Shown here: positions 22,986 to 33,419 of the stretch, one piece after another
Layout: the number at the start of each line of letters is the position of its first letter
Numbering within the stretch: position 1 is the first letter of the stretch
Assembly (NCBI GenBank): GCA_965225945.1
Contig: CBDDBZ010000039.1
Coordinates: 629,458-693,457, forward strand
Reading direction: 5' to 3'
DNA: 64,000 bases
Source of the DNA: Alphaproteobacteria bacterium
GTDB taxonomy: Bacteria; Pseudomonadota; Alphaproteobacteria; GCA-2731375
The notes under the pieces: model-generated
The model's database searches: none
Told to the model about the DNA's origin: nothing
Seen by the model: the letters and a program-made list of their open reading frames with translations, nothing else
Made by a program: the position numbers and the translations under genes

Positions 22986-24104
22986 TCAGCGAATCGACAC
23001 CTTGTTCCCCGGATGTCGATCGAGCCGACCGGCCAAGTCGAGTTCCAGCAAAATGGTGATTACCACCGGCGGTGTCAACTTCGACTGTCGGATCAGCTCG
23101 TCGGCCTCGACCGGCGTCCGGCTGAGAAGCGAGATCACGAGCTCTCGCGCCGGGCTCAATTCGTCCTCGCTCGGCTGCCTCGCGGGGGGTGAGATCGACA
23201 CCGGCTCCTCGCGCTCCTCGACGCGGCGCGCGCGCATCGCGTCGAGGGCGTGGGCGATGTCGGCGGCGCTTTCGACGAGTGTCGCGCCCTGGCGAATCAG
23301 GTTGTTGGCGCCCCGGGCCCGGGGATCCAACGGCGAGCCCGGCACGGCGAACACCTCGCGGCCCTGTTCGGCCGCCAGGCGCGCGGTGATGAGCGAACCG
23401 GATCTGGGCGCGGCCTCGACGACCACGGCGCCGAGCGCCAGGCCGGCGATCAGTCGGTTGCGGCGAGGAAAGTGGCGGGCCGTCGCGCTCGTCCCCATCG
23501 CCGCCTCGCCGAGGATCGCCCCGCGCGCCGCGATCTCCTCGTGAAGCTCCGTGTTTTCGAGCGGATAGATCGTGTCGATGCCGCCGGCGACGACCGCGAT
23601 CGTGCCGCCGTCGAGCGCACCGGAATGGGCCGCCGCGTCGATCCCGCGCGCCAGGCCCGAGACCACGACGTAGCCCGCTTCTCCCAGCTCGCGCGCGAGG
23701 CTGCGGGCGAAGCGGACGCCGCCCGCCGAAGCGTTGCGCGCGCCCACCACCGCCACGCAATCGCGTTGCAGCAGGACCTCGTGGCCCTTCAGGAACAGCA
23801 GTGGCGGGGGGTCGGCGATGGCGCGAAGCGCCGCGGGATAGTCCGGCTCGGAGAAACCGACCAGCCGCGCGCCCGCCGTCTCGGCCGCCGCCAGCTCACC
23901 CTCCGCCTCGGCCTGGGTGGCGAGGCGGATCTGTCGCCTGCCGCCGCGCCGCGCCAGGTCCGGCACGGCCTCCAGCGCCGCCTCGGCGTCGCCGAAGCGG
24001 TCGAGCAACTGAAAGAAGCTGATCGGGCCGATACCCTCCGAGCGGATGAGGCGGAGCCACGCGATCCGTTCCCTCCGCGACAACGGCCCTCGCCGTGGTG
24101 CCAT
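22986..24104 (-). CDS. dprA: DNA-processing protein DprA
   Basis: VVGARNAS, VSGLARGIDAAAH, FPRRNRLIAGL, SGSLITA; start approximate. Confidence 0.95.
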   Translation of the reverse strand: MAPRRGPLSRRERIAWLRLIRSEGIGPISFFQLLDRFGDAEAALEAVPDLARRGGRRQIRLATQAEAEGELAAAETAGARLVGFSEPDYPAALRAIADPPPLLFLKGHEVLLQRDCVAVVGARNASAGGVRFARSLARELGEAGYVVVSGLARGIDAAAHSGALDGGTIAVVAGGIDTIYPLENTELHEEIAARGAILGEAAMGTSATARHFPRRNRLIAGLALGAVVVEAAPRSGSLITARLAAEQGREVFAVPGSPLDPRARGANNLIRQGATLVESAADIAHALDAMRARRVEEREEPVSISPPARQPSEDELSPARELVISLLSRTPVEADELIRQSKLTPPVVITILLELDLAGRLDRHPGNKVSIR

Positions 24105-24136
24105 GGAGCGAGTTTCGCCCGATCCCGCGGGCACGG

Positions 24137-24793
24137 TCAATTCTCGCGAGTTTCGGCCTCGGATTCGGAATCGTCTTTCTCGCTGGCGCCGATTTTCGGC
24201 TCGCGGCCGGTGAGCAGACGGCGGATGTTCTGGTAATGGCGAAGCACGACGACGACGGTGATCAACAGCGCCAGTTCGGTCCGTTGGAGATCGGCCAGAA
24301 AATAGGCGAGGGGGGGCGCGAGGCTCACGGCCGTGAGCGACGCGATGGAGGAATATCTGAAGAGCGCGGCCATCGCGAGCCAGATCGCGCAAGCGGCGAG
24401 GCCGACAAGGGGGGCGGCCGCGAGCATGGTGCCCAGGAACGTCGCCACGCCCTTGCCGCCGCGAAACTTGAGCCAGATTGGAAAACAATGTCCGATGACG
24501 GCGCCGGCGCCGGCCAGCACGGCCATGTCCGGGCCCAGCATGCCACCGATCAAGACGGCGGCGGCGCCCTTTCCGCCGTCGAGCGCGAGTGTCGCGGCCG
24601 CCAAACCTTTGTTGCCGGTTCGCAAGACGTTGGTGGCGCCGATATTGCCCGAGCCCACGGCCCGAATGTCGCCCAGACCGGCGAGCCGGGTGAGCAGGAG
24701 CCCGAAGGGAAGCGAGCCCAGCAAATAGCCGGCGATGGCGGCGGCGTAGAACGGCCAGGTGTAGGAGAGGTCGCCCAGCGGATCGACGAACAC
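24137..24793 (-). CDS. plsY: Glycerol-3-phosphate acyltransferase PlsY
   Basis: GYLLGSLPFG, GSGNIGATNVLR, FRGGKGVAT, RHYQNIRRL. Confidence 0.96.
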   Translation of the reverse strand: MFVDPLGDLSYTWPFYAAAIAGYLLGSLPFGLLLTRLAGLGDIRAVGSGNIGATNVLRTGNKGLAAATLALDGGKGAAAVLIGGMLGPDMAVLAGAGAVIGHCFPIWLKFRGGKGVATFLGTMLAAAPLVGLAACAIWLAMAALFRYSSIASLTAVSLAPPLAYFLADLQRTELALLITVVVVLRHYQNIRRLLTGREPKIGASEKDDSESEAETREN

Positions 24794-24797
24794 CGGG

Positions 24798-26099
24798 CTA
24801 CGCCGGGTCCCGGAGGTATACCGTCTCGCCGGCGACCACGGTGCGGGCGATCCGACCCTGGACCGGGCGGCCGCCGAAGGGGGAATTCTTGGACTTGCTG
24901 CGGAACCCGTCCTCGTCGATTTGGTAGGGCACGTCGAGGTCGATCTCGATCAGGTCCGCCGGCGCGCCCGGGGCCAGACGCCCCTGGGCCAGGCCGAAGA
25001 TTGCGGCTGGCGCGCAAGTCATGGTCGCGAGCGTTCGGGCCAGCGTCAGCTCGCCGTTGTGATAGAGCTCGAGGGCCAGCGGCAGCAGGGTCTCGAGGCC
25101 GATGATCCCGGTCGCCGCCTGGGCGAAGGGCAGACGCTTACTCTCGACGTCGCGGGGATCGTGACCCGAGGCGACGAGGTCGATGGTGCCGTCCGCCAGA
25201 CCGTCCGCCACGGCCCGTCGATCGGCCTCCGCGCGCAGCGGCGGCGCCGTCTTGGCGAAGCTTCGGTACGAGCCGACGGCGGTCTCGTTGAGGGCGAAGT
25301 TGTGCACCAGCGCGCTCGCCGTGACCCGGAGGCCGCGCGCCTTGGCCGCGCGGATCGCGGCCACCGAGGGGGCGGTCGAGAGGGCGGCGGCGTGATAGCG
25401 AGCGTCGGTCAGCTCGACCAGGTGGAGATCGCGCGCCAGCATGATCGTTTCGGCTTGCCCAGGGATCCCGGCGAGACCGAGCCGCATGGAGATTTCGCCC
25501 TCGTTCATCACCCCGTCGGGTGCCAGCGTCGGGTCCTCGGGATACTGGCAGACCACCACGTCGAAGGCATCGGCGTAGCTGAGGCAACGGCGCATGACAC
25601 GGGAATCGGCCACCGCGCGATCGGCGTCGGTGACGGCCACGGCGCCTGCTTCGGCCAGGAGTCCGTATTCCGTCATCTCGCGACCGGCCAGGCCCTTGGT
25701 CATCGCCGCCATGGGGTGGACCCGGACCTTGGTCGAATCGCGGGCCCGCCTGGCCATGTATTCGACCAGCGCGACGTCGTCGATCACCGGATCGGTGGTC
25801 GGCATGGTCAGGATCGTGGTGACGCCACCCGCCACCGCCGCCTCGCCCGCGCTCGCCAGGGTCTCACGATGCTCGGAGCCGGGCTCGCCCACGAAGACGC
25901 GAGCATCGATCAGCCCCGGGGCCAGAACCCGGCCGGCGCACTCGACCACGGCGATCCCCTCCGGCACGCCGTCGGCGAACAGGCCGGGGCCGAGCTCGGC
26001 GATTCGCCCACCCTCGCTCAGCAACGCGCCCTTGGCCTCGAGGCCGCTTTCGGGATCGATCAGACGGGCGTTCAGATAGGCGACGCGCGGCGCGCTCAC
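24798..26099 (-). CDS. pyrC: Dihydroorotase-like protein, probably non-catalytic PyrC'
   Basis: Amidohydrolase fold, overlaps pyrB, SKSKNSPF; the metal-binding HxH appears as DARVF. Confidence 0.88.
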   Translation of the reverse strand: MSAPRVAYLNARLIDPESGLEAKGALLSEGGRIAELGPGLFADGVPEGIAVVECAGRVLAPGLIDARVFVGEPGSEHRETLASAGEAAVAGGVTTILTMPTTDPVIDDVALVEYMARRARDSTKVRVHPMAAMTKGLAGREMTEYGLLAEAGAVAVTDADRAVADSRVMRRCLSYADAFDVVVCQYPEDPTLAPDGVMNEGEISMRLGLAGIPGQAETIMLARDLHLVELTDARYHAAALSTAPSVAAIRAAKARGLRVTASALVHNFALNETAVGSYRSFAKTAPPLRAEADRRAVADGLADGTIDLVASGHDPRDVESKRLPFAQAATGIIGLETLLPLALELYHNGELTLARTLATMTCAPAAIFGLAQGRLAPGAPADLIEIDLDVPYQIDEDGFRSKSKNSPFGGRPVQGRIARTVVAGETVYLRDPA

Positions 26100-27064
26100 G
26101 CGACCAGTCCCGCCAAGGTGTTTCGACGCCGCTGCGCCAGCAGATCGAGCACCGCCATCCGCACCGCGACGCCCATCTCCACCTGCTCGCGGATGAGGCT
26201 GCGGTGAATGTCGTCGGCGACCTCGCTGTCGATCTCGACACCTCGGTTCATCGGTCCGGGGTGCATGATCAGGGCGTCCGGCCGGGCAAAGGCCAGTTTT
26301 TCCCGATCGAGGCCGAAAAAGCGGAAATATTCCCGGACCGAGGGCACGAAGCTGCCGTTCATGCGCTCGACCTGGAGCCGCAGCATCATCACGATATCCG
26401 CGTCGGCGAGCCCGCCCTCGAGATCGTGATGGACCTCGACGCCCATCCGTTCCATGGCCGTCGGCAGCAGCGTCGGCGGCGCCACCGCGCGCACCCGGGC
26501 GCCCATGGTGTTAAGCAGCATGATGTTCGAGCGGGCGACCCGGCTGTGCAGGATGTCGCCGCAGATGGCGACGATGAGGCCACCGAGCCGGCCGCGCCGC
26601 CGGCGGATGGTCAAGGCATCCAGCAGTGCCTGGGTCGGGTGTTCGTGTGAGCCGTCGCCAGCGTTGATCACCGCGCCGTCGACCTTTTGCGACAGCAGCT
26701 CGACCGCGCCCGCATCGGGATGGCGGACGACCAGGACGTCGGGGTGCATCGCATTCAGCGTCATCGCCGTGTCGATCAGGGTCTCGCCCTTCTTGATCGC
26801 GGAGCCCTCGGCCGACATGTTGATGACATCGGCGCCGAGGCGCTTTCCGGCCAATTCGAACGAGGTCCGGGTCCGGGTCGAATTTTCGAAGAAGAGATTG
26901 ATCTGGGTCCGTCCCCTGAGCACGGACTGTTTCTTGTCGAGCTGGCGGTTCCGCGCCACATATTCATCCGCGAGATCGAGGACGGTCTCGATATCCGACG
27001 GCGCCAGCCCCTCGATCCCGAGGAGATGGGGATGCGGAAAACCGCTCGGTTGGGCAAGGGGCAT
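26096..27064 (-). CDS. pyrB: Aspartate carbamoyltransferase catalytic subunit
   Basis: [32 protein letters not shown]. Confidence 0.98.
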   Translation of the reverse strand: MPLAQPSGFPHPHLLGIEGLAPSDIETVLDLADEYVARNRQLDKKQSVLRGRTQINLFFENSTRTRTSFELAGKRLGADVINMSAEGSAIKKGETLIDTAMTLNAMHPDVLVVRHPDAGAVELLSQKVDGAVINAGDGSHEHPTQALLDALTIRRRRGRLGGLIVAICGDILHSRVARSNIMLLNTMGARVRAVAPPTLLPTAMERMGVEVHHDLEGGLADADIVMMLRLQVERMNGSFVPSVREYFRFFGLDREKLAFARPDALIMHPGPMNRGVEIDSEVADDIHRSLIREQVEMGVAVRMAVLDLLAQRRRNTLAGLVA

Positions 27065-27185
27065 TAAAGGGGCATTCTATAGGCGTCGAGCGAGGCGCGT
27101 GCAACCCGGCCGGTAACGCCTTGCCCGAGGCTGTCGGATCGCCGAGGCGCGCGGGCGAATCGGCAGCGGTGGGGAGCGGCACGCC

Positions 27186-28406
27186 ATGGCGCGAGAACGA
27201 CAATTCCAAACCCCGGTGACGCGGGACGAGGCGCTCGACGACGTCTTGGTCGACGAGGTGGCGGAGTGGCTGATGTCGCGGGCCTTGGGCCGCGCCGAGG
27301 CGGAAACGCTGCTCGCGGATTGCGGCGAGCGACTGCAGGCCGCGGGCGTGCCGGTCGCGCGGGCCCAGATCGCCTTCCCGACCCTGCACCCCGTCCTGCG
27401 CGCCATGAGCTTCACCTGGACCGCCGGGGGCGATGCCGTCCCCCTCGGCATCGAACACGAGGGCGGCGCGGAACGGCTTCGCGCCACGCCGCAGTTCCAC
27501 ATGATCCGGACGAAATTGCCGCATCTCCGCCGGCGCCTGGTGGGACCGGAGGCACAGCACGATTTCCCGATCCTCGGCGAACTGGCGGCCGAGGGCTATA
27601 CCGACTACCTGGCCTTCGCCGTCGCCTTCGACGAGACCTTCGAGGATGGCGTCATCGGCTCCTGGGCGAGCGACCGGCCCGACGGCTTCTCCGACCGCCA
27701 CCTTCGCGCCCTGCTGCGCATCCAGCGCCGCCTGGCGGTCGCCTTCAAGCTCGTCATCAAGCAGCAGATCACCGAGAACGTGCTTCACACCTATCTCGGG
27801 CGGGAGGCGGGGGACCGCGTGCTGGCCGGGCACATCCGGCGCGGCGATCATGTGGAGATCCCCGCCGTGGTCTGGTTCGGCGATCTCAGAAACTCGACCC
27901 GGATGTCGGAGACGATGGCGGTCGAGGACTATCTGGCGATGCTGAACGATTATTTCGAATGCGCCGCCGGCGCCGTCCGCGCACAGGATGGCGAGGTGCT
28001 GCTGCTGCTGGGCGACGCGGTGCTGGCGATCTTCCGCTTCGACGAGGCTTTGGGCGATGCGGACCGCGCCGCGGATCGCGCGCTCCGCGCAGCGCGCGAC
28101 GCGCTCGCGCGGCTCAATCGCGATCGCGCCCGGGCGGGGCGGGAATTACTCGCGCAGGGCATCGCGCTCCACGTCGGGCGGGTGATGTACGGCAACATCG
28201 GCGTGCCGGAGCGGCTGCAGTTCACCGTCACCGGCCCGGTGGTGAACGAGGTCGCGCGGCTGGAGGCGCTGACCAAGAGCCTGGGCCGCACCATCCTGGC
28301 GAGCCGCGCCTTCGCCGATCTCGCGCCCGGTGCCTGGCATTCCCTCGGCCGGCCCGACCAACCGGGCGTGCCGGAGCCCTTGGAGGTGCTCAGTCCAGAC
28401 GCGTGA
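27186..28406 (+). CDS. Class III adenylate/guanylate cyclase with N-terminal GAF-like region
   Basis: WFGDLRNST, LGDAVLAIF, YGNIG..RLQFTVTGP.VNEVARLE. Confidence 0.88.
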   Translation: MARERQFQTPVTRDEALDDVLVDEVAEWLMSRALGRAEAETLLADCGERLQAAGVPVARAQIAFPTLHPVLRAMSFTWTAGGDAVPLGIEHEGGAERLRATPQFHMIRTKLPHLRRRLVGPEAQHDFPILGELAAEGYTDYLAFAVAFDETFEDGVIGSWASDRPDGFSDRHLRALLRIQRRLAVAFKLVIKQQITENVLHTYLGREAGDRVLAGHIRRGDHVEIPAVVWFGDLRNSTRMSETMAVEDYLAMLNDYFECAAGAVRAQDGEVLLLLGDAVLAIFRFDEALGDADRAADRALRAARDALARLNRDRARAGRELLAQGIALHVGRVMYGNIGVPERLQFTVTGPVVNEVARLEALTKSLGRTILASRAFADLAPGAWHSLGRPDQPGVPEPLEVLSPDA

Positions 28407-28526
28407 GCCTCACCGCCTGGGCGGCAGCCGGCGTGTTTGGGGAGGACCAGGGCATGGCCGCTGCCGTGCCACTTCGGGCAATCGCGGCCGAATGCCGCTC
28501 AGGTCGCCGCACCTCCCACCTAGGAA

Positions 28527-28868
28527 TCAATCATCTCCGAGCAGTTCGTTCAAAACGGTACCGAGTCTTGGTAGCTCGTCCTCGACGACGCGCCACACTC
28601 GGGCCCGGTCGACCACGGCGTAGCCGTGCACCAGGATGTTGCGAAAAGCCACGATGCGCCGATAGTCGGGCACGCGCTCCGCCAACTCGGGGTCGGATCG
28701 TGCCAGCTGCGCTAGCGCTTCGCCGATGATCTCAAACTGTCGCTCCACCGCCGAATGGAGCATGGCGTCGGAAATGTATTCCTCGAGCGTCTTGCCAAGC
28801 GTGAATGCGACGATGGCGTCCGCCGCGGCGCGGGCGTCCCAAAGGAACTTGCGCGGATCATGGTCCAA
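28527..28868 (-). CDS. HepT-like (DUF86/HEPN) ribonuclease toxin
   Basis: AVERQFEIIGEA and the RNxxxHxY motif (RNILVHGY). Confidence 0.92.
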   Translation of the reverse strand: MDHDPRKFLWDARAAADAIVAFTLGKTLEEYISDAMLHSAVERQFEIIGEALAQLARSDPELAERVPDYRRIVAFRNILVHGYAVVDRARVWRVVEDELPRLGTVLNELLGDD

Positions 28869-29166
28869 AGACCTGCTCCCGCGATCGCTCGATGCTGGCG
28901 CGGAGATAGGGGTTTGTCACCGCTCCTGCCTCGACCAGATCGACCCTTCGCTCGAGCAGCGCTTCGAGCGCTTCCTTCAAGCCGAAGTAGGCGGCGAAGG
29001 ATTGCGCGCGCGGATCGGTGTCGAACTCCACCAGAAAATCGACATCGCTCCGTTCCAGGTCAAAGTCGCCGCGTGCCGCCGAGCCGAACAGCTCTAGGCG
29101 CCGCACATGGAAGCGCCGGCACAGCTTGGCGATTTCTTTCCGCTTGACGTCGATCAGTTGCAGCAT
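28858..29166 (-). CDS. MntA-like minimal nucleotidyltransferase antitoxin
   Basis: LFGSAARG..SDVDFLV, RRVDLV; overlaps the HEPN gene. Confidence 0.92.
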   Translation of the reverse strand: MLQLIDVKRKEIAKLCRRFHVRRLELFGSAARGDFDLERSDVDFLVEFDTDPRAQSFAAYFGLKEALEALLERRVDLVEAGAVTNPYLRASIERSREQVFGP

Positions 29167-29251
29167 CGCGCCCGTCCGTCCTGCCTCGACGTAGGCCCGC
29201 CCCGCGGTTCCCACGAGGCGTCCAAAGGGTGGACAATCTTGAAGTTGTAGC

Positions 29252-29413
29252 TCACCCGCGGGCTGGTCGCACCTTTTCCCGATCGGCGCGCCGGCCGGGA
29301 TCGTCCAGGCTGGTGCCGGTCACCACGGTGAAGGTGAAGCCGCAGGCGATCGGCTCGCCGCGCGCCGTGTCGCGGACCGCGCCCAGGAGGCAGCCGCCTT
29401 CGTCGTCGCTCAT
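29252..29413 (-). pseudogene. Collapsed GFA-family remnant
   Basis: 53-aa ORF MSDDEGGCLLGAVRDTARGEPIACGFTFTVVTGTSLDDP..., resembling both ends of GFA proteins but without the CxCxxC core. Confidence 0.45.
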
Positions 29414-29435
29414 GGTTCTCACGCCCTCCAACTCC

Positions 29436-30338
29436 TCAGATCAACGCCACCGGCCGCACTGGCGAGCCCGTCGCACCCTTGAACTTCACCGGCAGCAGGA
29501 TGAAGCAGAAGCTCGAGATGGAGTCGCGGATCAGCGAGTCCATCACCAGGTTCTCGATCAGGTAGACCCCCGCGTCGATCAGGCAGTGCTGGTGCACCGG
29601 CATGACGATCTCGGGATGGTCGGTGCCCGGCAGGACCTCGACCGCCATGTTGTCGACGCCGATGGCGACGACGTCCCGCTCGGTCAGCCATTGCGCCGCC
29701 GCCAGGTCGAGACCCGGCTCGCCCGCCACGTAGCGATCGTTGTCGGTCATGAAGAAGCGGCCCCAGCCGGTGTTGAGGCAGACCACGTCGCCGGCCCGCA
29801 GTTCGATGCCCGTCGCCGTCAAGGCCCGCTCGACGTCGCCCTGGCCGACGGCGCGGCCGGCTTCCAGATATTCGCCGCCATCGAGGCCAGAGACGTCGAT
29901 GCAGACCCCCCGGGTAATGAAGGCCGGCGCGTGCTCGATGCCGAGCTTCTCCAGCCCCCAGTCGCCGACCACTTCCTCGGCGCTGTGACCGCCATAGAGC
30001 GCGTCGCCCCGGGAGAAGTGGCCCAGCGCGTCGATATGGGTGCCGACGTGGGTGGTCATCTCGATCCGCTCCAGGTTGGAGCCGACCTCGTTGGTGGCGC
30101 CGAGCGCGGCGCGGCGCTTGATGCCGTTCCGGGAGGTGGCGGAAGCGGTGATGACATAGGGCAGCTGCGCCGGAGCCATTCGCGGCGCGCCCATCTCGAT
30201 CAGCTGGCTCATGTCGTGGATGCGGCCCTCGGCCACGAGCGAGAGGGCGGCGAGCACGCCTTCCGGCCCCAGCAGGTGTCCGGCCCCCAACTGGTCGCCG
30301 GCGCCCCAGCGAGAATGGTCGTGGATGCAATTGGTCAT
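29436..30338 (-). CDS. Cyclase family protein (kynurenine formamidase-like)
   Basis: HVGTHIDALGH, NTGW, EPGL, IENL, GATGSPVRPVA. Confidence 0.9.
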   Translation of the reverse strand: MTNCIHDHSRWGAGDQLGAGHLLGPEGVLAALSLVAEGRIHDMSQLIEMGAPRMAPAQLPYVITASATSRNGIKRRAALGATNEVGSNLERIEMTTHVGTHIDALGHFSRGDALYGGHSAEEVVGDWGLEKLGIEHAPAFITRGVCIDVSGLDGGEYLEAGRAVGQGDVERALTATGIELRAGDVVCLNTGWGRFFMTDNDRYVAGEPGLDLAAAQWLTERDVVAIGVDNMAVEVLPGTDHPEIVMPVHQHCLIDAGVYLIENLVMDSLIRDSISSFCFILLPVKFKGATGSPVRPVALI

Positions 30339-30351
30339 CTTTCTCCCTCGT

Positions 30352-31656
30352 TCAGGTCGGTTTGGTGCCCACCGCGCAGTGCATCGGGCGGGCGAGATAC
30401 TGCGTGCCGGCGGCGACGGCCGCCGCGAGCGCGCGATGCCAGACCGTCTTCTCCGCCGCGTCGAGCAGCGACAGCACGTGCGGCTCATAGTAGCGAAAGC
30501 TCGGATTGTTCACGTCGTCGACCGCCATGTAGGCGGGATAGAGCCTGAGATCGCCGAGCCCGGCGGCGGCGAAGCGGTCGTAGAGGCTGGCGTCGGCGCA
30601 GCCGTCGGCGCTGACCGAGCGAATCGGCGCCTCGACGCGCTCCCGGATGTCGTCGGGAAGCGGCAGGTTCCAGATCATCGGCCGGTCGACCGCGCGCACC
30701 ACCGCGCCGACCCGCCCGCCGGGCCGGGTGACCCGAATAAGCTCCCCCAGCATGGCGTCGGCGTCGCCTTCCTCCATCACCGTCAGGCAGAGCGTGACGT
30801 CGAAGGAGCCTGTCTCGAAGGGGAGCTTGGTGGCATCGCCCGGCCCGAAGGCGATGCGGTCGCCGACGCCGTCGCGCGCCGCCAGCGCCCTCGCCTCGCC
30901 CAGCAGGAAATCGTTGACGTCGACCGCCGTGATCGGCGCCGTCGTCGGGATTGTCGTCGCCAGCCACCTGGCCACCGCGCCGGTGCCGCAGCCGACCTCG
31001 AGCAGGCGCTCGCTTTCGTCGAGCGCGATCTCGTCCATCAGGCTCCGTAGCACCCGGCGATAGCCGGAGCCGGTGCCGCGTCCCTCCAGCACCGCGACCA
31101 TGCCCAGGCGGTCGCCACCGGTGAGGACGACGGCATGATCCTCGGCCAGATCCTCGATGATTGCGTCCCACTGGCCGGGCGACAGCAGCATCGGCATCAA
31201 GATCAGGGCGGGACCGCGACCCCGGACGCGGTAGGTGATGCCCTCGACCTCGCCACGGGCGCCGTCGAGGTCGAGGCGGCTCGCCGGTGCCTCGTCCTCG
31301 CGCTTCGCGAGGAAGGCCCGCATGGCCGCCAGGATCTCCCGCTTGCGCTCGCCGACCACGTCGGTCCAGGTCTCGCAGCGATAGTTCCGGAAGCGATGGG
31401 CCTCGGCGTCCGGAAGGTCCGAGATCGCGCGTTCCGTGGCCTGGGCGGAATATCCCACCTCGCCGGTGAAGACCAGGAGGCGCCCGCCCAAGCGGGCCAG
31501 CCGGGCCGTGTCGGTCCGGTTGGGCGCCATCAGCGTCAGCGATGCCAGGCGGTCGACCGCGCCGTCGATCAGCGCCTCGAGGTCGGGCTGAAACTGCGTC
31601 GCGATATGGGCCCGCTCGATCCCCAAGCGCTCGAATAGCGCCGCCATTCCGTCCAT
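30352..31656 (-). CDS. Class I SAM-dependent methyltransferase with degenerate alpha/beta-hydrolase-like N-terminal half
   Basis: LEVGCGTG, GDATKLPF..SFD, RVTRPGG; N-terminal LGIERAHI and YRVRGRGPALIL resemble hydrolase fragments. Confidence 0.75.
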   Translation of the reverse strand: MDGMAALFERLGIERAHIATQFQPDLEALIDGAVDRLASLTLMAPNRTDTARLARLGGRLLVFTGEVGYSAQATERAISDLPDAEAHRFRNYRCETWTDVVGERKREILAAMRAFLAKREDEAPASRLDLDGARGEVEGITYRVRGRGPALILMPMLLSPGQWDAIIEDLAEDHAVVLTGGDRLGMVAVLEGRGTGSGYRRVLRSLMDEIALDESERLLEVGCGTGAVARWLATTIPTTAPITAVDVNDFLLGEARALAARDGVGDRIAFGPGDATKLPFETGSFDVTLCLTVMEEGDADAMLGELIRVTRPGGRVGAVVRAVDRPMIWNLPLPDDIRERVEAPIRSVSADGCADASLYDRFAAAGLGDLRLYPAYMAVDDVNNPSFRYYEPHVLSLLDAAEKTVWHRALAAAVAAGTQYLARPMHCAVGTKPT

Positions 31657-31763
31657 GTCCGATCCCTCCCCTGGTCCGGCGCCATTCCAGCGCCAGAATT
31701 GCGCTTTCGCAAGCGGTGATGGCGCCCCTTATAATGGGCCGCGCCAAAGAAGCGGGGAGCGGA

Positions 31764-33419
31764 ATGCAAGGCAGCATCGACGCCGTCGATCTGGGGATCA
31801 TGTGGGATCGGCTGATCGCCATCACCGACGAGATCGTCTCGACCCTGGTGCGCACCTCCTTCTCGACCATCGTCTCGGAGAGCTACGACCTGACCGTCGT
31901 GGTGCTGGACGCGGACGGACGCTTGATGGCGCAGGGCGCCTACTCCATCCCGGTCTTCATCGGCACGGCGCCGCTGACGCTCCGCCATATGCTTGAACGT
32001 TTTCCGCCGGAGAGCCTGCGGCCCGGCGACGTGCTGGCGACCAACGATCCCTGGCTCGGCACCGGCCACGTCTTCGACATCTGCGTCATGCGGCCGGTGT
32101 TCCAGGGCGGCCGGATCGTCGCCTACACCATGAGCATCACGCATCTACCCGACGTCGGCGGCATCGGCCTCTCCGCCGCCGCCTCGGAGATCTATCAGGA
32201 GGGCCTCAGGCTCCCGGTGGTAAAGCTGGTGCGGGAAGGCCGGCTCGACGAATTTCTGGTCGACCTGATCCGGACCAACGTCCGGATGCCGGAACAGACC
32301 ATGGGCGACGTGCTGGCCAACATCACCGCGGTCGAGGCCGGCGAGCGCTTTCTGCAGGAATTTCTGGAGGCGTACGAGATCACCGATCTGGGGCCGCTCT
32401 CGGCGGCGATCCGCGAAAATTCGGAAGCGGCGATGCGGGCCAAGATCGCTGAGATGCGCCCCGGCGTCTACCGGAACGAGATTCGCATCGAGGGGATCGA
32501 CGAAGCGCTTACCATGGCCTGCCGGATCGAGGTCGGCGACGGCCGAATCGAGATCGATTTCGCCGGCACCGGCCCCGCTGTCAACCGCGCCATCAACGTG
32601 CCGTTCTGCTACGCCAACGCCATGGCGCTCTATTCGATCAAGTGTCTGACCATTCCGGCGATCCCCAACAACGAAGGCTCCGTCGCCCCGGTGACGGTCC
32701 GCGCACCCGAGGGCTCGATCCTGAACGCGGTGCCGCCCGCAGCCACCGGCGGGCGCCACATCATCGGCCACTTCGTGCCCTCGGTGATCTTCGGCGCGCT
32801 TGCCCAGGCGGCGCCCGATCATGTGCAGGCCGACAGCGGCATGGTTGACATCGTGACCTTTCAAGGCCGCCACGCGGACGGCCGCGAGGTCGCCACCCTC
32901 TATTTTGCCTCGGGCGGCTTCGGCGCGCTCAGGGGCCGGGACGGGGCGAACGCGACACCCGGCCCCTCCAACATCGCGGTGGTTCCGGTCGAGGTCTGGG
33001 AAGCGCTCACGGCCGTGACCATCGAGCGCAAGGAGATGCTGGCCGACAGTGGCGGCGCGGGCGAAGCGCGCGGCGGTCTCGGCCAAGTGGTGGTGATGCG
33101 AAACGACAGCGGCCATCCGATGACCATCTTCTGCATGGCCAACCGGACGGAATTTCCTCCGCTGGGCCATGCCGGCGGCCTCGACGGCCGGCTTCGCGAA
33201 ACCCGGATCAACGGCGAGGCGGTGCACCCCAAGGGCCAATACATCCTGGCGCCGGGCGATTCGCTCGCCCTGTCGCAGGCGGGCGGCGGCGGCTTCGGCC
33301 CGCCGGGCGCGCGTCCGCCGGGCGCCATCCTCGCCGATCTGGCCGAGGGCTGGGTCACGCCGGAGGGCGTCTTGCGCGACTATGGGATCGAGATCGAGAC
33401 GGTGGAGGCGGCCCGATGA
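31764..33419 (+). CDS. Hydantoinase B/5-oxoprolinase family protein
   Basis: TSFSTIVSESYD, PGDVLATNDPWLGTGH, HLPDVGG, EIYQEGL, GGGGFG. Confidence 0.93.
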   Translation: MQGSIDAVDLGIMWDRLIAITDEIVSTLVRTSFSTIVSESYDLTVVVLDADGRLMAQGAYSIPVFIGTAPLTLRHMLERFPPESLRPGDVLATNDPWLGTGHVFDICVMRPVFQGGRIVAYTMSITHLPDVGGIGLSAAASEIYQEGLRLPVVKLVREGRLDEFLVDLIRTNVRMPEQTMGDVLANITAVEAGERFLQEFLEAYEITDLGPLSAAIRENSEAAMRAKIAEMRPGVYRNEIRIEGIDEALTMACRIEVGDGRIEIDFAGTGPAVNRAINVPFCYANAMALYSIKCLTIPAIPNNEGSVAPVTVRAPEGSILNAVPPAATGGRHIIGHFVPSVIFGALAQAAPDHVQADSGMVDIVTFQGRHADGREVATLYFASGGFGALRGRDGANATPGPSNIAVVPVEVWEALTAVTIERKEMLADSGGAGEARGGLGQVVVMRNDSGHPMTIFCMANRTEFPPLGHAGGLDGRLRETRINGEAVHPKGQYILAPGDSLALSQAGGGGFGPPGARPPGAILADLAEGWVTPEGVLRDYGIEIETVEAAR

